Part shown: positions 19,319 to 29,703 of the stretch, one piece after another
Layout: each line of letters starts with the position of its first letter
Numbering within the stretch: the stretch's first letter is position 1
DNA from: a virus
Strand: one strand, 5' to 3'
Length of the DNA stretch: 64,000 nucleotides
Virus record (IMG/VR): IMGVR_UViG_3300042882_000899
Coordinates: 1 to 64,000 of that record
Notes under the pieces: generated by a model
Database searches by the model: none
What the model saw: the letters and a program-made list of their open reading frames with translations, nothing else
What the model was told of the DNA's origin: nothing
Made by a program: the position numbers and the translations under genes

Positions 19319-21403
19319 TTGACTAGGACTAAAGCATGGAGATTATCATTAGCCACCATTTTAATGTTTGGATGGGTATTTCTTACTCCTGCCCATGGAG
19401 ATGATCCACTTAGCCTAGCCGCTCAAGAAATAGAAGAGCTTAATAATAAAGTATCTAATTTAGTTTATCAAGATGATTTTATAGATCTTATAGATATAGC
19501 AGAAAATAAATTTACATATGCAAAAAATGCGATGGAGCTTAAAGATGATGCATATGATGCCTACGATGATTCAGTAGATGCAGAGGCCGCAGCACTAGAA
19601 GCTAGAAGCCTTGCCCAGTCAAATGTAGATGGCCAGACAGCCACAGTAGCTTTGGCTCTTGAGCATAAAGATAATGCCCTTGAAGAAAAGAATGACGCTC
19701 AAGATGCGCTAAGCATAGCCAACATTAATGTTCAAACCACCCAATCAAATATGCAGAGTGCTGGAGGAGCAGGTCTTTCTTATACAGTTTATAACCTATT
19801 AAGAAGTGGAAATTCGGCAGTCCCTGGATCTGTAATTTGTTCTGGAACATGGAACTCAAATTATATGCAACTCCCAGTATGCGGAAATAGATACGAGGAT
19901 TTCATTGTTAAATTTACTGGACATATTACTGTTCCATCATGGTTTTCAACAGTAGAATTCGCAGGATACACAGATGATGGTTTTAGAATGTATGTTGATG
20001 GACAACTTGCTGTTAATAACTGGGTGGAGCAAGGTGTAAGATGGAGTGCTTGGTCTCCAACATACGATGTAAGCGAAGACAAGACTTTAGATGTAGAGAT
20101 ATGGTGGTATAACGGAGGAGGCCCAGGATCCTATCATCTTGGTTGGACAATTCCTGGAGGAATGACTGGTGCAGGGTGTGATTATGCTGGAGATCCACGA
20201 GTATGGGGAGAAAACTTTAGTTGTAATCTAAATACATTCTCTTCTGGATCAGGACCAACTCAAGCACAGTTAGATGCATATGACGAAGCACTTGCAGCAA
20301 GGGCTACAGCGCAAACAAATTATAACAATAAGTTAGAAGTATACAATGACAAACTAAGTATTTATAATCAAGAAGTGCAGACCTTACAAAATCTTACATC
20401 AAACCTTACAACAGCAGTCCAAAACCTAACAATCGCACAACAAAACCTAACATCTGCTTTAGAATTAAAGAATAATAGAATAAACACATATGATCAATCT
20501 ATAATTGATTTGAATGCTGCTATTGAAGATGCATGGACTTATTATTTTGAGCAATCTGAAAGAGAATTAAACGCTGCTATTGCACAAGCAGCAGCCAACG
20601 CTGCAGCCAATCAGCCTACACCAGAACCAAGTCAAGAACCAACACCTGAGCCTACAGACGAACCAACACCTGAGCCTACAGACGAGCCCACACCTGAGCC
20701 TACAGACGAGCCCACACCTGAGCCTACAGACGAGCCCACACCTGAGCCTACAGACGAGCCCACACCTGAGCCTACAGACGAGCCCACACCTGAGCCTACA
20801 GACGAGCCCACACCTGAGCCTACAGACGAGCCCACACCTGAGCCTACAGACGAGCCAACAGATAATGTTGAAATTAAAGATGAAGTTTTAGCAGCCTTAG
20901 TTCCTGAAAAAGGAAGCGGAACCGAAGAAGATCTATCTAATGTTATTGCAAATCTTACAAGCAAGGATAATAAATTAGTTGTATTATCTCCAGAACAAAT
21001 CTCTGCAGTTAGCCAAACGCTACAGGCTTTAACTCAAGAGGCAAAGGTTGAAGTTGCAGAAACCCTAGGAATTAAGGCTTCAGATGTTGCTAAAATTGCA
21101 GAGGCTATGGAAAGCAACCCAGGGCTTGCACAGGCATTTGTTGAGTTTGAGTCTAGAGCAGAGTCAGCGGGAGATGCAAGCATGCCATATACTTTAGCGG
21201 ACGCAACAACAGAGGTGCAAACAGAAGCATTTTTGGCGGATCCAATAGGAGCATTTACGGACATAGATTTTGGTAAGGTATTAAATCCCTCAGAATGGGG
21301 TAAAGATATGACAGATGACCAAAGAGAAAAAGCGCAGGAAGTTGTAATACCAGTAATTATCGCATCAAATATTATTGCAGCTGCAATGACTAGGAGGATA
21401 TAA
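19319..21403 (+). CDS. secreted/anchored protein: coiled coil, PA14-like domain, PTPEPTDE linker
   Basis: Signal peptide, TDDGFRMYVDG and WWYNGGG, C-terminal hydrophobic segment. Confidence 0.75.
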   Translation: MTRTKAWRLSLATILMFGWVFLTPAHGDDPLSLAAQEIEELNNKVSNLVYQDDFIDLIDIAENKFTYAKNAMELKDDAYDAYDDSVDAEAAALEARSLAQSNVDGQTATVALALEHKDNALEEKNDAQDALSIANINVQTTQSNMQSAGGAGLSYTVYNLLRSGNSAVPGSVICSGTWNSNYMQLPVCGNRYEDFIVKFTGHITVPSWFSTVEFAGYTDDGFRMYVDGQLAVNNWVEQGVRWSAWSPTYDVSEDKTLDVEIWWYNGGGPGSYHLGWTIPGGMTGAGCDYAGDPRVWGENFSCNLNTFSSGSGPTQAQLDAYDEALAARATAQTNYNNKLEVYNDKLSIYNQEVQTLQNLTSNLTTAVQNLTIAQQNLTSALELKNNRINTYDQSIIDLNAAIEDAWTYYFEQSERELNAAIAQAAANAAANQPTPEPSQEPTPEPTDEPTPEPTDEPTPEPTDEPTPEPTDEPTPEPTDEPTPEPTDEPTPEPTDEPTPEPTDEPTPEPTDEPTDNVEIKDEVLAALVPEKGSGTEEDLSNVIANLTSKDNKLVVLSPEQISAVSQTLQALTQEAKVEVAETLGIKASDVAKIAEAMESNPGLAQAFVEFESRAESAGDASMPYTLADATTEVQTEAFLADPIGAFTDIDFGKVLNPSEWGKDMTDDQREKAQEVVIPVIIASNIIAAAMTRRI
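20635..20860 (+). repeat. coding 24-nt tandem repeat (~9 units, PTPEPTDE)
   Basis: (CCCACACCTGAGCCTACAGACGAG)n. Confidence 0.95.
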
Positions 21404-21597
21404 TGAAAATAATCAAGGCCCTATTTAAATATATATGGGAAGTAATCAAGGAAAGCATAGCCCAGATATTTACCCTTTTGGGATTCTTTATTGCTTGGCT
21501 AACCCTTACTGGATCAGCCCAGCAGGTAGTAGGAGTTGCTACAGTTATTGCTACAGCAATATGGCTTCTAACCATACCACTACGAAAAGAGGACTAA
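21403..21597 (+). CDS. small membrane protein
   Basis: Two hydrophobic segments. Confidence 0.65.
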   Translation: MKIIKALFKYIWEVIKESIAQIFTLLGFFIAWLTLTGSAQQVVGVATVIATAIWLLTIPLRKED

Positions 21598-21614
21598 TAG
21601 TGTATAATTATCCT

Positions 21615-21830
21615 ATGAAGAAAATAAGTGCTATTGCTTTAGCATGCTTGCTAATGCTATCATTAACTGGGTGCGACTCTTTAAATAGATACCGCTATCC
21701 ATGCCAAGATCCTAAAAATTGGGAAACAGCAGAGTGCACTCCTCCAGAATGTGAAGCTTCACAGACTTGCACAAAAGATGTAATAAAGATTACACCTACA
21801 ACACCAGAACAGGAAATAACAAATGGCTAA
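21615..21830 (+). CDS. putative lipoprotein
   Basis: Lipobox LTGC; leaderless start after TATAAT. Confidence 0.7.
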   Translation: MKKISAIALACLLMLSLTGCDSLNRYRYPCQDPKNWETAECTPPECEASQTCTKDVIKITPTTPEQEITNG

Positions 21831-22233
21831 AGAAAAACTAACGCCCGCAGATTTAGATGCTCGATTAAAGTTTATTCTAGGAATAACACTTGGAAGCATT
21901 TTGTTTCTAACAGCTCTTGGAATTATTTATGGGCTGTTGTTTGTAACACAACCTATTGGAGCTCAGTCAGAAAACGACAAGATGTTTTTCAATGTTCTAG
22001 GAAGCATTGCAACGTTTATTACAGGCACACTGGCAGGAATTTTGATTGGAAACTCAGGCGCTAAAGATATTATGGCTGCCCAGATTCAAAATAAAGAAGT
22101 AGATGCAAAAAATACTCAGGCGGATAAAAAATTAGAAGCAGAGATTGACGCAACAGCAGCACGTTTAGCGGCAAAGCCTGATGGGGCTATGCCAGCAGAG
22201 CAGCCAGTTGATGCAGATTGGGATAAGGAATAA
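21823..22233 (+). CDS. two-TM membrane protein, holin candidate
   Basis: Two TM segments, adjacent to the endolysin. Confidence 0.55.
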   Translation: MAKEKLTPADLDARLKFILGITLGSILFLTALGIIYGLLFVTQPIGAQSENDKMFFNVLGSIATFITGTLAGILIGNSGAKDIMAAQIQNKEVDAKNTQADKKLEAEIDATAARLAAKPDGAMPAEQPVDADWDKE

Positions 22234-22235
22234 TT

Positions 22236-22832
22236 ATGTCACAAGATTTCCCAGTTCCAGCAGAAACAGCAAAGGCTCCTAAAGGAAGCGTTGCTAGATT
22301 AATTCAAGTTGCTAAATCTCAAGTAGGATACATTGAAGGTCCTAAAGATAATGAAACAAAGTATGGCGCTTATACAAAAGCCAACTTTCAGCCATGGTGC
22401 GGAAGCTTTGTAAATTGGTGTGGAAATGAAGCTGGCGTAAAGATTCCTAATACTGTATATACTCCAGGTGGTGCAGCAGCATTTAAAAAAGCTGGTGCAT
22501 GGATTGATGGAGATATTGCAGATCCAGAACCAGGAGATATAGCCTATTTTGATTTCCCTTCAGACGGTGTCGATAGAATTTCTCACGTAGGAATTGTTAT
22601 TGAAGACAACGAAGACGGAACTGTTTGGTGCATTGAGGGAAATACATCAAGCAACAAAAAGGGAAGTCAAAGAAATGGCGGAGAAACCTGCAAACAACTT
22701 CGTGCCTATAAGAAAAACAAAGCAGGAGTTATGGTTTCTATTGTAGGATTTGGTCGCCCAAAGTTTAAATCTGGAGGGTCAGCAAAGCCAACCGTATCAG
22801 CAGATGGTGTTTGCCCAACCTGCGGTAAATGA
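22236..22832 (+). CDS. CHAP-domain endolysin
   Basis: PWCGSFV, SHVGIV, IEGNT. Confidence 0.88.
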   Translation: MSQDFPVPAETAKAPKGSVARLIQVAKSQVGYIEGPKDNETKYGAYTKANFQPWCGSFVNWCGNEAGVKIPNTVYTPGGAAAFKKAGAWIDGDIADPEPGDIAYFDFPSDGVDRISHVGIVIEDNEDGTVWCIEGNTSSNKKGSQRNGGETCKQLRAYKKNKAGVMVSIVGFGRPKFKSGGSAKPTVSADGVCPTCGK

Positions 22833-22975
22833 ATAAATATTTAATAAAGCTAGAAATATCCGTAGAGGTTGAAGCTTTTGATGAAAACGATGCAAGAGAG
22901 TATGTTTCAGACATATTTGGAGTTGATGATGAAGTCAAGTCTGTCAAGATTTTGACTGTTAAACAAAAGAGTTAG
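22829..22975 (+). CDS. 48-aa hypothetical protein (absent from ORF track)
   Basis: MNKYLIKLEISVEVEAFDENDAREYVSDIFG... Confidence 0.6.
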   Translation: MNKYLIKLEISVEVEAFDENDAREYVSDIFGVDDEVKSVKILTVKQKS

Positions 22976-22984
22976 GCTAAAAAG

Positions 22985-23677
22985 ATTAAAGTTGTTGTTG
23001 TCACTGGTGCCAGTTTTGGAATAGGTAAAGCAGTAGCATTGGGGTTTTCAAAACTTGGGTACAAGGTATTTGCCTGTTCTAGAAAGATGCCATACCTGGA
23101 AGATCTGACAAGGCTAGATGGCGGAGAAAATATAGTTCCAGTACAGTTGGATATAACATTGCCAGATAGTGTAAAGAATCTTTCTGAAAAAATTGGAAAT
23201 TTAAATATTGATATTTTAGTTAACTCTGCTGGTGGAGATATGACTGGTCCTAAAGATGGCGGCTTGAAAGATTACACAATGGAAGAGTTTAGCGAGGCAT
23301 TTAATTTAAATGTTTTTGGAACTTTTGAAGTTATAAAAACAATAATCCCTAAAATGAAAAAAGAAAGCAACCCTATTATATTTACACTATCATCTGTTGC
23401 TGGTCAAGCAAATACAAATAATGTAGGTTTGCCTTACCATTTAGCTAAAAATTCAGAGAGTAAAATGCTTGACTTTTTATCAAAAGACATCTATCCTATA
23501 AGAAGTACAGATTTAATAATTTCTACAGTAAATAGCTTTAGAAAAGAAGAGATGAAAGATTCAGCTATGACCCCAGAAGATATATTTAGTGTAATTAAAT
23601 TTATATCAGAATCACCAAGCTATTTAACTGTAGACAAGATTCATTTAAGGCACATAAATTCAGGCGGGGCAATATAA
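22985..23677 (+). CDS. short-chain dehydrogenase/reductase (probable ATT start)
   Basis: VVVTGASFGIG lies upstream of the track start; LVNSAG, YHLAK. Confidence 0.8.
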   Translation: MKVVVVTGASFGIGKAVALGFSKLGYKVFACSRKMPYLEDLTRLDGGENIVPVQLDITLPDSVKNLSEKIGNLNIDILVNSAGGDMTGPKDGGLKDYTMEEFSEAFNLNVFGTFEVIKTIIPKMKKESNPIIFTLSSVAGQANTNNVGLPYHLAKNSESKMLDFLSKDIYPIRSTDLIISTVNSFRKEEMKDSAMTPEDIFSVIKFISESPSYLTVDKIHLRHINSGGAI

Positions 23678-23910
23678 TGATCTGTCTTAACGAGTCAGGC
23701 GTTAATGTATTAAAAAAAAGAGCAGAGTCTAGTAACCTAGAAATTCGCTGGAATAACTACGATGTAATATTATGGCAAAAAGACTCTTCTGGATTCTTTA
23801 ATGTAAACGGAGAGTATAGAAAAAATAGCTGGGGCATTAGCAGTAAGTTTATTGTTAATGAAAATGGAGTTTGGGCTTTTCCAAAAAAATATGTCAAATA
23901 TTTTAAATGA
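23677..23910 (+). CDS. hypothetical protein
   Basis: Coupled ORF. Confidence 0.6.
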   Translation: MICLNESGVNVLKKRAESSNLEIRWNNYDVILWQKDSSGFFNVNGEYRKNSWGISSKFIVNENGVWAFPKKYVKYFK

Positions 23911-24202
23911 TTTAGACTCTGATGAGCAATCTATAAGGTGGTGGCACCTTGCCGCATGCAGTGGCATGGATACAAATTTATTTTTTGATAAATATGAATC
24001 AGATATAAATATGTCTAAGGCCATAGATCAATGCTGTTTATCTTGCCCAGTTATGGCAATTTGTTATAAAGCTGGTGTAGATAATAATGAGTACGGAGTT
24101 TGGGGCGGTGTATTTTTGTCAGCAGGGCTAGTAGATAAAATAAAAAATGTTCATAAGACAAAAGATATATGGAAACAAGTAAAGGCAAAACATAGTGTCT
24201 AA
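23891..24202 (+). CDS. whiB: WhiB-family transcription factor
   Basis: AAC..MD..LFF, CxxCPV...C, GVWGG. Confidence 0.9.
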   Translation: MSNILNDLDSDEQSIRWWHLAACSGMDTNLFFDKYESDINMSKAIDQCCLSCPVMAICYKAGVDNNEYGVWGGVFLSAGLVDKIKNVHKTKDIWKQVKAKHSV

Positions 24203-24500
24203 CGTTTACGACAATAAGCATTTTAAATATGGTATGAACCAATGGACTGGTGAACCCAACAAGCCAGTTTTTTATAATGCAGATATGAAAAAAAAGTTAA
24301 GGGAATTAAACAAGCCTATGTTTTTGCTTATGGATGTTGTTCAGTACCCAGAATTTTTAGCATTAAGGCTATATGAAGATAATTTTATTCAGTTTGATGG
24401 CATTGAGAAAGAAAAAGTTATTGATTATGTTTCAAAAGCTAAAAAGCTACTTGAATCTTATGGAGTCAGGGTTGAACTAGAAGGGAAACCTCATGGGTAA
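24195..24500 (+). CDS. hypothetical protein
   Basis: Coupled ORF. Confidence 0.65.
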   Translation: MSNVYDNKHFKYGMNQWTGEPNKPVFYNADMKKKLRELNKPMFLLMDVVQYPEFLALRLYEDNFIQFDGIEKEKVIDYVSKAKKLLESYGVRVELEGKPHG

Positions 24501-25005
24501 TCAGAAAAAATATTTAGAGGAATATAAAACAGCTAGCGAGTTGCAGTTAAACAAAACACACTATCAGGTAGTAGATGACTTTAAAGAGTCTAGTAAGGGC
24601 CAGTTTGATAAATATATGCTCACTGTTGCCAGGGATGGTGAGAGCCCAGTTAGGTCTATTCGTGAGTTCAATAATGCAGTAGATGCTGTTAATGTTTATA
24701 ACTCATATACAGACTGGGGTTTTGCAAAGGAGTACCTGACTGTTTGCCTTTACCAGCCAGGTGGATTTATGTCAGAAAAAATATTAAGGCGTGTCCATAT
24801 AGGGGGTTCAAGCGGTGACTGCACATTTATAAAAGATGATTATATAAAGGCAGCAAAAATCTTGCTTGACTTCAAAGATAATTTAGAATATGCTGTATAC
24901 CAGCAACTTGTTAAAGAATTTGCTGGATTGTTTTCAAAAGATAACATCAGGTTTGATGTTACTCGCTTCTTTAAAGAAGCTCAATGTGAAGAGGTTTTTG
25001 AATGA
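24493..25005 (+). CDS. hypothetical protein; fused paralogue of ORFs 49643-49849 and 49455-49646
   Basis: Shared TDWGFA.EY.TV.LY.P and F.KDN.RFDV.RF. Confidence 0.75.
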   Translation: MGNQKKYLEEYKTASELQLNKTHYQVVDDFKESSKGQFDKYMLTVARDGESPVRSIREFNNAVDAVNVYNSYTDWGFAKEYLTVCLYQPGGFMSEKILRRVHIGGSSGDCTFIKDDYIKAAKILLDFKDNLEYAVYQQLVKEFAGLFSKDNIRFDVTRFFKEAQCEEVFE

Positions 25006-25241
25006 ACGAAAAAATATTTTGCTACTCATGCAACAAAACAAAAAATAAATTAAATTTAAAGAAGTCATCTCTTCTAAATATAAACTTATTTCTTTGCCAG
25101 ACATGCATAGACAATAAGTTTGAGCCAAGGTGGGTAGTTCTAATTGCTGGAAGGCAGGATGGGCATGAGCATGTTAAGGATTTCATTCAGAAAAAAAGAT
25201 ATATTGGAGCTGAAATTACAGCATCTGAGCTATTAATTTAG
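25002..25241 (+). CDS. Zn-finger hypothetical protein
   Basis: Two CxxC motifs. Confidence 0.6.
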   Translation: MNEKIFCYSCNKTKNKLNLKKSSLLNINLFLCQTCIDNKFEPRWVVLIAGRQDGHEHVKDFIQKKRYIGAEITASELLI

Positions 25242-25269
25242 ATTAATTATAAGGTATAATTACCTTATA

Positions 25270-25584
25270 ATGGAAATAACTTACATAACGATTGTAGTAT
25301 CAGTATTAGCTGCAACGCTCAGCGGGTTTGCTACTGCGTTGGTTAATGGGTTTAGAGACGCTAAAAAGGAAAGAAATAGGCGGGAAGAGCGTGAAAAAGA
25401 CCACCTTAAATTAGATATAAAAGACCTAAAAATAGAGTTATATCAGCTTGAAAAAGAATTAAATGAGTGGAAAGATAAATATTATAAAGCCATTCAAGAT
25501 TTAATTGAAATGAAATCTGAGCTTGAAAGCGTATTATCCCAATTAAATCATATTGAATATCATGAGATGATGGACACAGAATAA
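25270..25584 (+). CDS. membrane-anchored coiled-coil protein
   Basis: N-terminal TM segment plus heptads. Confidence 0.65.
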   Translation: MEITYITIVVSVLAATLSGFATALVNGFRDAKKERNRREEREKDHLKLDIKDLKIELYQLEKELNEWKDKYYKAIQDLIEMKSELESVLSQLNHIEYHEMMDTE

Positions 25585-25605
25585 TTAAAATAGTACAATA
25601 AAGGT

Positions 25606-26163
25606 ATGACTTGTATTGTTGCAATTGCCCAAAATGGTGTAGTATACATGGGTGCTGATCATGCAGCATCTGACGATAAGACTGGATGGATTTTGTCCAG
25701 AAAAGATCCCAAGGTTTTTAAAGTGGGACAATATGGTATTGCATTTACAGATTCTTTTAGAATGGGACAGATCTTACAATACAACTGGACCCCACCAAAA
25801 TACACTCCTACAAAAACAAACTCAGGTCTTGACAAGTTTATGAGAACTAAATTTGTTGACTCAGTCAAAGAATCATTTAAGGAACATGGTTACGGAAACT
25901 TTGGCCCAAACGAAGATGGAGATACTGGTGGTATTTTTATAGTTGGGGTATGCGGTAGACTCTTTACTGTAGATGAAGACTTCCATGTTGGAGAAAATGT
26001 TGTAAACTACATGGCTGAAGGATCTGGCGGAACGATAGCTCTTGGAGCTTTACACGCTACGAAGAAACAAAAAAACCCTAGAATTAGATTGAAAGCAGCC
26101 TTAGAGGCGGCAACTGAGTTTAATATGAGCGTAGCAGCCCCCTATACATACATTCAAGTTTAG
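25606..26163 (+). CDS. Ntn-hydrolase, HslV/proteasome-beta-like
   Basis: MTCIV (Thr nucleophile), GAD, KVF, GSGG..ALGAL. Confidence 0.75.
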   Translation: MTCIVAIAQNGVVYMGADHAASDDKTGWILSRKDPKVFKVGQYGIAFTDSFRMGQILQYNWTPPKYTPTKTNSGLDKFMRTKFVDSVKESFKEHGYGNFGPNEDGDTGGIFIVGVCGRLFTVDEDFHVGENVVNYMAEGSGGTIALGALHATKKQKNPRIRLKAALEAATEFNMSVAAPYTYIQV

Positions 26164-26177
26164 TGTATAATTAATTA

Positions 26178-26390
26178 ATGGATATAAACGACTTAAGGCC
26201 AGACTATTCAAAATCAATGGACATAAGAGGTGTACCAACACATGTATGTCCATGTGGTTGTGAAATATGGAATCTTAAAGTTATCTTTGATAGTTGCGAA
26301 ATTGCAACTTATTTTTTAGATATGGAGTGTGCTAATTGTGGCACACTGGCAACTGCACCAACGCCACTGGATAGAAAAGAAGAAGAATGA
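26178..26390 (+). CDS. Zn-binding hypothetical protein
   Basis: CPCG...CANCG; leaderless start. Confidence 0.65.
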   Translation: MDINDLRPDYSKSMDIRGVPTHVCPCGCEIWNLKVIFDSCEIATYFLDMECANCGTLATAPTPLDRKEEE

Positions 26391-26563
26391 GATCACAAAG
26401 AAGAATTGACATGCTAGAGCTTGAACTATATAAGCTTAGAATTGAATTAGATATAATGCACGAAATCATGAGTAATATTATCAATACTCAGCAAGTAGCG
26501 GCGGAAGCTAAAAACATGGATTCTGGTAAATGGTATCCACGAACAAGACCAGCACAGAACTAA
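26387..26563 (+). CDS. 58-aa hypothetical protein
   Basis: Coupled ORF MRSQRRIDMLELELYKL... Confidence 0.5.
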   Translation: MRSQRRIDMLELELYKLRIELDIMHEIMSNIINTQQVAAEAKNMDSGKWYPRTRPAQN

Positions 26564-26605
26564 AACCTATTGACAATACTTAGTCAATTTAGTAGAATTA
26601 GCTTT

Positions 26606-27565
26606 ATGAAAAAACTAATAGCTGTGGTACTTCTAGCCAGCTCAATGATTATTACTTCAGTTCCCGCACAGGCAAACTTAAAAACACCCACCCCCACCCT
26701 TGCCATTCTTGACACAGCATTGGACACATCAATTCCATACATCAAGTCTAGATTAATTGCAGAGGTTTGCATTTTAGACTGGCCTTCTTGCCCAAACAAA
26801 AAGGCATTCATGGAGGGTTCTGGATCTACAGTTCTTCCAATGAATATTCTTTCTAATTCAAACTTTAGTCATGGCACACAGATGGCATCAATAGCATTAC
26901 TAAATAATCCGAACTTGAATATTGTATTTGTTAGAATTTTTGGGCACACGCCCAAAGGACAAAGGCAGACAACTGGGATAAATACCCTGGTAAACGCTTT
27001 AAATTGGGTTCAATTAAATAGAATTAAGTATAATATAGTAGCAGTTTCTGCTTCTCAGGGTGCATCAAATCCTGTTATAAATAAAATTGCTTCTTCAAGA
27101 TACTGCTCTGTAACAGCATTAGATTCAGTAGTTTCAAATTTAAATAATGTTGGAGTTCCAGTATTTTTCCCTGCTGGCAATAGTGCGAGAGTTGCAAAGA
27201 TGAATGGAAAAATTGAATGGCCAGCATGTATCCAACAATCAATAGCCGTTGGTGGAGTTGAAACGTTGGGTGTTAGTAAACCAAGTATCTCACTGATTAG
27301 TAATTACGACAAAAACTTGGTAGACATTTGGGGAGATATTAATCAGCCAGCTTTGTATCCTGGTAACATTAATGGATATTCATATGGAACATCTGCTGCC
27401 AATCAGGTGGTAGCAGCAAAGTACGTTGCTTTAAAGGCATTTAAACCAAACCTTACAGTTGATCAGCTAATGGCTCTAATTAAGTCTTCAGCTGATAAGG
27501 TTGAAAATGATCTTTCTCAAGAAGTGTACTTGTTTAATTTATCTAGGGCTATCAATGGACAATAA
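26606..27565 (+). CDS. secreted subtilisin-like (S8) protease
   Basis: Signal peptide; ILDT, HGTQMA, AGN, GTSAA; TTGACA/TAGAAT promoter. Confidence 0.85.
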   Translation: MKKLIAVVLLASSMIITSVPAQANLKTPTPTLAILDTALDTSIPYIKSRLIAEVCILDWPSCPNKKAFMEGSGSTVLPMNILSNSNFSHGTQMASIALLNNPNLNIVFVRIFGHTPKGQRQTTGINTLVNALNWVQLNRIKYNIVAVSASQGASNPVINKIASSRYCSVTALDSVVSNLNNVGVPVFFPAGNSARVAKMNGKIEWPACIQQSIAVGGVETLGVSKPSISLISNYDKNLVDIWGDINQPALYPGNINGYSYGTSAANQVVAAKYVALKAFKPNLTVDQLMALIKSSADKVENDLSQEVYLFNLSRAINGQ

Positions 27566-27764
27566 GTTAACTGTACTAGAAGAAATTATTAAAGATATTG
27601 GTGAGGAGCTATATCAGAAATGGTATAACGCATTGGCAATTGAGGATAGGACAGAAGAGGCATCAAGGGCAATGTCTTCAAATGCTGGAGAAACAGCAAT
27701 TTGGGTTATTCAAAAATTTATGGATAAGTTCAATCAAGCAGCAGATGAACTAAAGGGAGAATAG
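27555..27764 (+). CDS. hypothetical protein
   Basis: Coupled ORF. Confidence 0.55.
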   Translation: MDNKLTVLEEIIKDIGEELYQKWYNALAIEDRTEEASRAMSSNAGETAIWVIQKFMDKFNQAADELKGE

Positions 27765-27765
27765 A

Positions 27766-28068
27766 TTGATAGTAACAGATGAAAGTTTTGATAATGTACT
27801 TAAGTCTCACGATTTAGTGCTTATCGACTTTTGGGCTCCATGGTGTGGCCCATGTAAAAAGGTATCTCCCATATTAGATGAGATATCAGAAGAGCGTGGA
27901 TTATGGGTGGGGAAGCTAAATGTTGATGAGAATCCAATAAAATCAGCAGAATACTCTATTACTTCTATCCCATATATGGTATTATTTAAGTCTGGGAAGC
28001 CAGTAAAGTCTATTACTGGAGCAAAACCTAAGCATGTAATGCTAGAAGAACTTTCAGAATGGATCTAG
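27766..28068 (+). CDS. trxA: thioredoxin
   Basis: DFWAPWCGPC. Confidence 0.93.
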   Translation: MIVTDESFDNVLKSHDLVLIDFWAPWCGPCKKVSPILDEISEERGLWVGKLNVDENPIKSAEYSITSIPYMVLFKSGKPVKSITGAKPKHVMLEELSEWI

Positions 28069-28253
28069 AGAATATAGATTCAAATCATTTAGAGTTTGAA
28101 ATATGGCTCAAGAGTGGTTATGATAGAGGTTGGGTGTCTGATGTATTTTGCGATACTCATGACGGTCCGCCTTTGACAGATGAAGAAATGCAAGAATGGG
28201 AAGAAGGCGGGGACCCCTGCTCTTTCCATGTAAAAATAAATGCACTACACTAA
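28059..28253 (+). CDS. hypothetical protein
   Basis: C.THDG.P...GGDPC. Confidence 0.6.
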   Translation: MDLENIDSNHLEFEIWLKSGYDRGWVSDVFCDTHDGPPLTDEEMQEWEEGGDPCSFHVKINALH

Positions 28254-28301
28254 CATTCTGCAATCGCAAAGATTACAGAGGAAATAAGGAGAATAAATTA
28301 A

Positions 28302-29492
28302 ATGAACTCATTTAAGAAAATCGCACTAGCCATGGTTGCAGCCATGACTTTGGGCACAATGGTAGCAACACCTGCAAGTGCTAACACCATGTCAGTTGTA
28401 GCATCTACATGGAACGCTGCAAAGGCTGGCGGAGCTGGTTTTGATACACCCGCAACTGCTGGTACAGCACTAACTACTGCAATCGTACGTCCAGTACCTG
28501 CAGACAATGCAATTGACAACACAGATGTTGTACAGTTGGTAGCAACAGTAGTTGCTGGAACAAACGTAGTCGCAACAGCAACAAACGCAACAATCGTTTC
28601 TGCATTGCACTCATCAGCTGCACCAGTAGGAGCATCTTCAGGTTCTTCAAGCCTAACAGTTGCAACTGGAACTGGAACAACAGCAACATTTTATGTCTAT
28701 ACAAAGACAACAGCGATTGGAACAGTTGTAATTACAAATGGTCCAGTAACACTTACATACTATGTACAGGGTACAGCTGGTCTAATTAATAACCTAACAG
28801 TATCTGCTCCAGCAGCAGGTGCAGCAGGAACAAAGCAGGACATTGTTGTGACAGCAACGGATGCATTTGGAAACAAGGTATCTGGCAAGTCAATTACAGC
28901 AACAGTTTTTGCTTCAACAGCAGTGATGGATACAGCAACAGTAACAACTGGTGCCACACTTGCAGATTTTGGAACAGCAACCTTTAAGGCAACTCTTCCA
29001 ACAACTGGAACACGCTCACTTATTACATTTGCGCCAACAACATCAACAGATGCAGTTGCAGCAGCAGTAGTAGGATTGACCGCTCCAACACTAGCACCGT
29101 TTGCAGAAATTACAGTTCGTGATCTAGTATCAGAGCTTGCTGCTCAAACTGCAGCTAAAGATGCAGCGCTTGCTGCTAAGGCTGTTGCAGATGCTGCAGT
29201 TCTAAAGGCTGCTGAAGATGCAGTTGCTGCTAAGGCTGCTTCAGATAAGGCTCTTGCTGATGCAAAGGTTGCTGCAGATGCAGCACTTGCTGCAGCAGTT
29301 AAGGTAGAGACAGATAAGGCTGCTGCTGCTAAGGTAGCATCAGATGCTGCTCTTGCTGCTAAGGATGCACAGATTGCTAAGTTGACAGCAGATAATGCTG
29401 CTGCACTTGCTTCTTTGAAGAAGTCATTCAATGCACTTGCTACAAAGTGGAACAAGAAGAATCCAAAAGCTAAGGTCACCTTAGTTAAGTAA
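28302..29492 (+). CDS. secreted Ala/Thr-rich Ig-like protein with C-terminal Ala-rich coiled coil
   Basis: Signal peptide, TATDAFGN motif, strong SD, biased codon usage. Confidence 0.7.
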   Translation: MNSFKKIALAMVAAMTLGTMVATPASANTMSVVASTWNAAKAGGAGFDTPATAGTALTTAIVRPVPADNAIDNTDVVQLVATVVAGTNVVATATNATIVSALHSSAAPVGASSGSSSLTVATGTGTTATFYVYTKTTAIGTVVITNGPVTLTYYVQGTAGLINNLTVSAPAAGAAGTKQDIVVTATDAFGNKVSGKSITATVFASTAVMDTATVTTGATLADFGTATFKATLPTTGTRSLITFAPTTSTDAVAAAVVGLTAPTLAPFAEITVRDLVSELAAQTAAKDAALAAKAVADAAVLKAAEDAVAAKAASDKALADAKVAADAALAAAVKVETDKAAAAKVASDAALAAKDAQIAKLTADNAAALASLKKSFNALATKWNKKNPKAKVTLVK

Positions 29493-29500
29493 TTAGTTTT

Positions 29501-29532
29501 TAGTGGGGTGGGCACCAGTGCTTGCCCCACTA
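29501..29532 (+). terminator. GC hairpin after the gene, terminator-like
   Basis: TAGTGGGGTGGGCAC...GTGCTTGCCCCACTA. Confidence 0.5.
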
Positions 29533-29703
29533 ATACTATTATGATAAAATAGATATTATGGAATGGGACCATTTTCACATAATTAAAAAAAAGATTCTAA
29601 GAGAATTGATAATTGAAATAGAAAATTTAGAATTTCCGCCAGACTGGAGACCCAAAGACGTTTTGGGACTAGTAGTAAGAAAATTAAAAGAAAAAGAGGA
29701 ATC

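Noticed and set aside
20635-20860. 24-nt repeats as a CRISPR array
   Set aside because: No spacers; in-frame PTPEPTDE linker
22973-22975. Genome-wide amber recoding
   Set aside because: Many genes end in TAG at coupled junctions, long genes have no internal TAG, and no suppressor tRNA was seen
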